Source: a virus | Length of the DNA: 64,000 bases | IMG/VR virus record: IMGVR_UViG_3300045988_128600 | Direction: 5' to 3' (one strand) | Part shown: one piece after another, positions 61,860-64,000 of the stretch | Layout: each line of letters begins with the position of its first letter | How positions within the stretch are numbered: the stretch's first letter is position 1 | Translations under genes and position numbers: made by a program | Notes under the pieces: generated by a model | The model's input: only the letters and a program-made list of their open reading frames with translations | Told to the model about the DNA's origin: nothing | Database searches by the model: none

Positions 61860-64000
61860 ATGGCTAAACAATTAAATAGTTATCAAGTTAATTTACAATT
61901 TAATGCAAATACTACATAGGCGAAAATGCAATTGCAGGATTTGCAAACGACTCTTGATGCTATTATAAAAGAATCTGTGGCGGGAGTCTCTAAAGGAGAT
62001 TTTAATTTAACTAAAAGATTAAATGAAGCACAGATAGCGGCATCAAAACTACAAACCATTTTAGCTCAAACTACTAATGTAGAAACGGGAAAAATGGATT
62101 TAACAAGATTTTCTCAATCTTTAAAATAGAGTAACTTAGATTTAAAAAAGATATAGAGTAGTTTACTTGAGCTTGGGCCTTCTGGACAAAAAGCTTTTAT
62201 GTCTTTAGCTCAATCTATTGTTGAAGCTGATGTTCCATTAAAAAGAACAAATTTATTAGTTTCTGAATTATGGACAACTTTAAAGAACACAGCTCGTTGG
62301 TAGATTTCTTCTAGTGCATTGCATGCATTTATGGGTACTATTCAATCTGCTTATGGATATGCTAAAGATTTAAATGAATCTTTAAATGATATTCGTATTG
62401 TTACTGGACACAATATTGAATATATGGATAAATTTGCTGAAAGAGCAAATAAAGCGGCGAAAGCATTAAATGCTACTACATTAGATTACACTAATGCTTC
62501 TTTAATTTACTATCAATAGGGTTTAAGTGATGAAGAAGTAGAAAAAAGAACAGATATTACTGTTAAAATGGCTAATGTCATTAAACAAAATGCTGATATT
62601 GTTTCTGATCAATTAACTGCGATTTGGAATAATTTCTATGATGGCTCTGACTCTCTAGAACATTATGCTGATGCGATGGTGCGCTTAGGTGCAGATACCG
62701 CATCTAGCTCTGATGAAATTGCTGGTGGTCTTGAAAAATTTGCGGCAGTTGCTAATACAATTGGTTTAAGCTTTGATAATGCAGCGGCTGCATTGGCTAC
62801 TATTACTGCTACAACTCGTCAAAGTGAAGATGTAGTAGGTACTTCTTTAAAGACTATTTTTGCTCGTATTCAAGGTTTAAAATTAGGCGAGACCTTAGAA
62901 GATGGTACTACTTTAAATCAGTACTCACAAGCTCTTGCAGCTGTTGGAGTTAATATTAAAGACTCCAATGGACAATTAAAGGATATGGATATCATTCTTG
63001 ATGATTTGGGGCACAAATGGTCAACAATTAGTAAAGATCAACAGGTAGCTTTAGCTCAACAAGTAGCTGGTATCCGTCAGTACAACCAATTAATTGCTTT
63101 AATGGATAATTTTGATTTTTATCAAGAAAATATTCAAAGAGCAAAAGAAGCAGATGGTTCTTTACAAGAACAAGCTGATATTTATGCTGAAAGCTGGGAA
63201 GCTGCTCGTGATCGTGTGCGTGCAGCAGCCGAAAGTATTTATGATGATTTGATTAATGATAAATTTTTTATTAGTTTGTCTGATGCGATAGCAGGAGCTT
63301 TAGATGCTATCGATAAATTGATTAGTTCTATAGGAGGTCTTCCAGGAGTAATTGCAGCTCTTGGAATGATATTTACTAAAGTGTTTAAAGTTCAAATGGG
63401 CGAGGGCGTTAATAATTTAGTTTTTGGCCTTTAGTCTTTAATTGGACTTACAAAAAAGAGTGCAGTTTCTCTTAAACAAGAAGCTTATAATCGAGCTTCT
63501 AATATGGCTTTTGATACTGGTACTGAAGTTGGAGATAGGTAGGGAGAATCATTAAAATAGACTTTAGACTTAAAGAAAAGAATATATGATATATCTGAAA
63601 ATATTACAAAAGAGGAAAGACAATAGCTTGAAGGGTTAATTGAAATTAATCGAGCTTATAATGAACAGGCTATAAAAGCAGCTCAAAAAAAAGATTAGGC
63701 TAGTGAGAATCTTCAAAATACTCGCATGGATCTTAGAGCGCGCATAAGAAGAAATTCTGCCACTGGAGAAGTAGAGAAAAATTTAAATACTTTTGGAAAT
63801 GTTCAATAGCAAATGAGTGGAATTATTAAAACTGGTTTGCGAGGAAGTAAAGCTTTAGATGGACTTAATAAAGCATTAAAAGAAGGAAGTTCATTAGGAA
63901 AAGCTTTTGAAGGTAGAATAAATACAATTCAGTAGGCTTTAATTAAAGTAGATAGATCTAAAGCAGCTGAATCTATTGGAAATTTTGCTGAAGAGTTAAA
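61860..64000 (+). CDS. tail tape measure protein (partial, continues beyond the window), TAG-recoded
   Basis: ATG at 61860; more than 700 aa within the window and more than 12 TAGs. The central region (YAKDLNESLNDIRIVTG...GLSDEEV...) resembles the tape-measure core domain. Confidence 0.6.

Overview
The window is a tailed double-stranded-DNA phage or prophage segment. It is truncated at both ends, and the tape-measure gene runs off the right edge. Three blocks with different expression signals are visible.

Block 1, about 28.7-43.7 kb on the minus strand, is an early-type array of roughly 35 small genes in roughly 50% GC DNA. Almost every gene has its own consensus sigma70-type promoter (TTGACA-N17-TATAAT, often an extended TGn -10) and a hairpin terminator. 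Recognisable products are a DEDDh exonuclease, an NT5C-like dNMP phosphatase, an AbrB-like regulator, paralogous small proteins and many tiny membrane peptides. A family of about six ~230-bp intergenic repeat cassettes sits between these genes; each carries a GC-rich stem-loop, and three carry plus-strand consensus promoters followed by terminators, making them sRNA candidates.

Block 2, about 7.4-24.0 kb on the minus strand plus the gene at 27.2-27.6 kb, is a middle-type region. Its genes sit behind a different, AT-rich conserved promoter/leader motif that recurs about eight times. Products include an M20/M28-like peptidase, a metallophosphoesterase, a lipoprotein and paralogous Zn-ribbon proteins.

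Block 3 is the late/structural region. It comprises the plus-strand genes at 45.1-64 kb (candidate small terminase, large terminase, portal, scaffold-like protein, capsid, tail genes, chaperone, tape measure) and the very AT-rich minus-strand operon at 0-7.3 kb.

The dominant feature is that late genes, the homing-endonuclease genes (HNH, GIY-YIG), the RepA_N-like replication-initiator gene and the left-end operon are peppered with in-frame TAG codons. Read as sense codons, these TAGs restore full-length proteins; a complete HNH motif appears only after read-through. Early and middle genes contain no in-frame TAG at all. This is the signature of amber stop-codon reassignment (probably TAG to Gln) used in a stage-specific way. 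No suppressor tRNA was found in this window.

The left-end recoded operon is the most unusual content. It encodes a highly repetitive S/N/Y-rich protein with a leader-like N-terminus, translationally coupled to three radical-SAM enzymes (one with a textbook SPASM CX2CX5CX3C domain), two small Cys-rich proteins and a GT2 glycosyltransferase. This is a RiPP-like or protein post-translational-maturation system placed inside a phage late transcription unit.

Other notable features are a RepA_N-like initiator flanked by about seven 19-bp iterons (a candidate origin), a 28-bp x5.5 tandem repeat at the early/late divergence point, and a conserved 29-nt 5'-UTR element carrying a TAG-terminated mini-uORF upstream of two nuclease genes.
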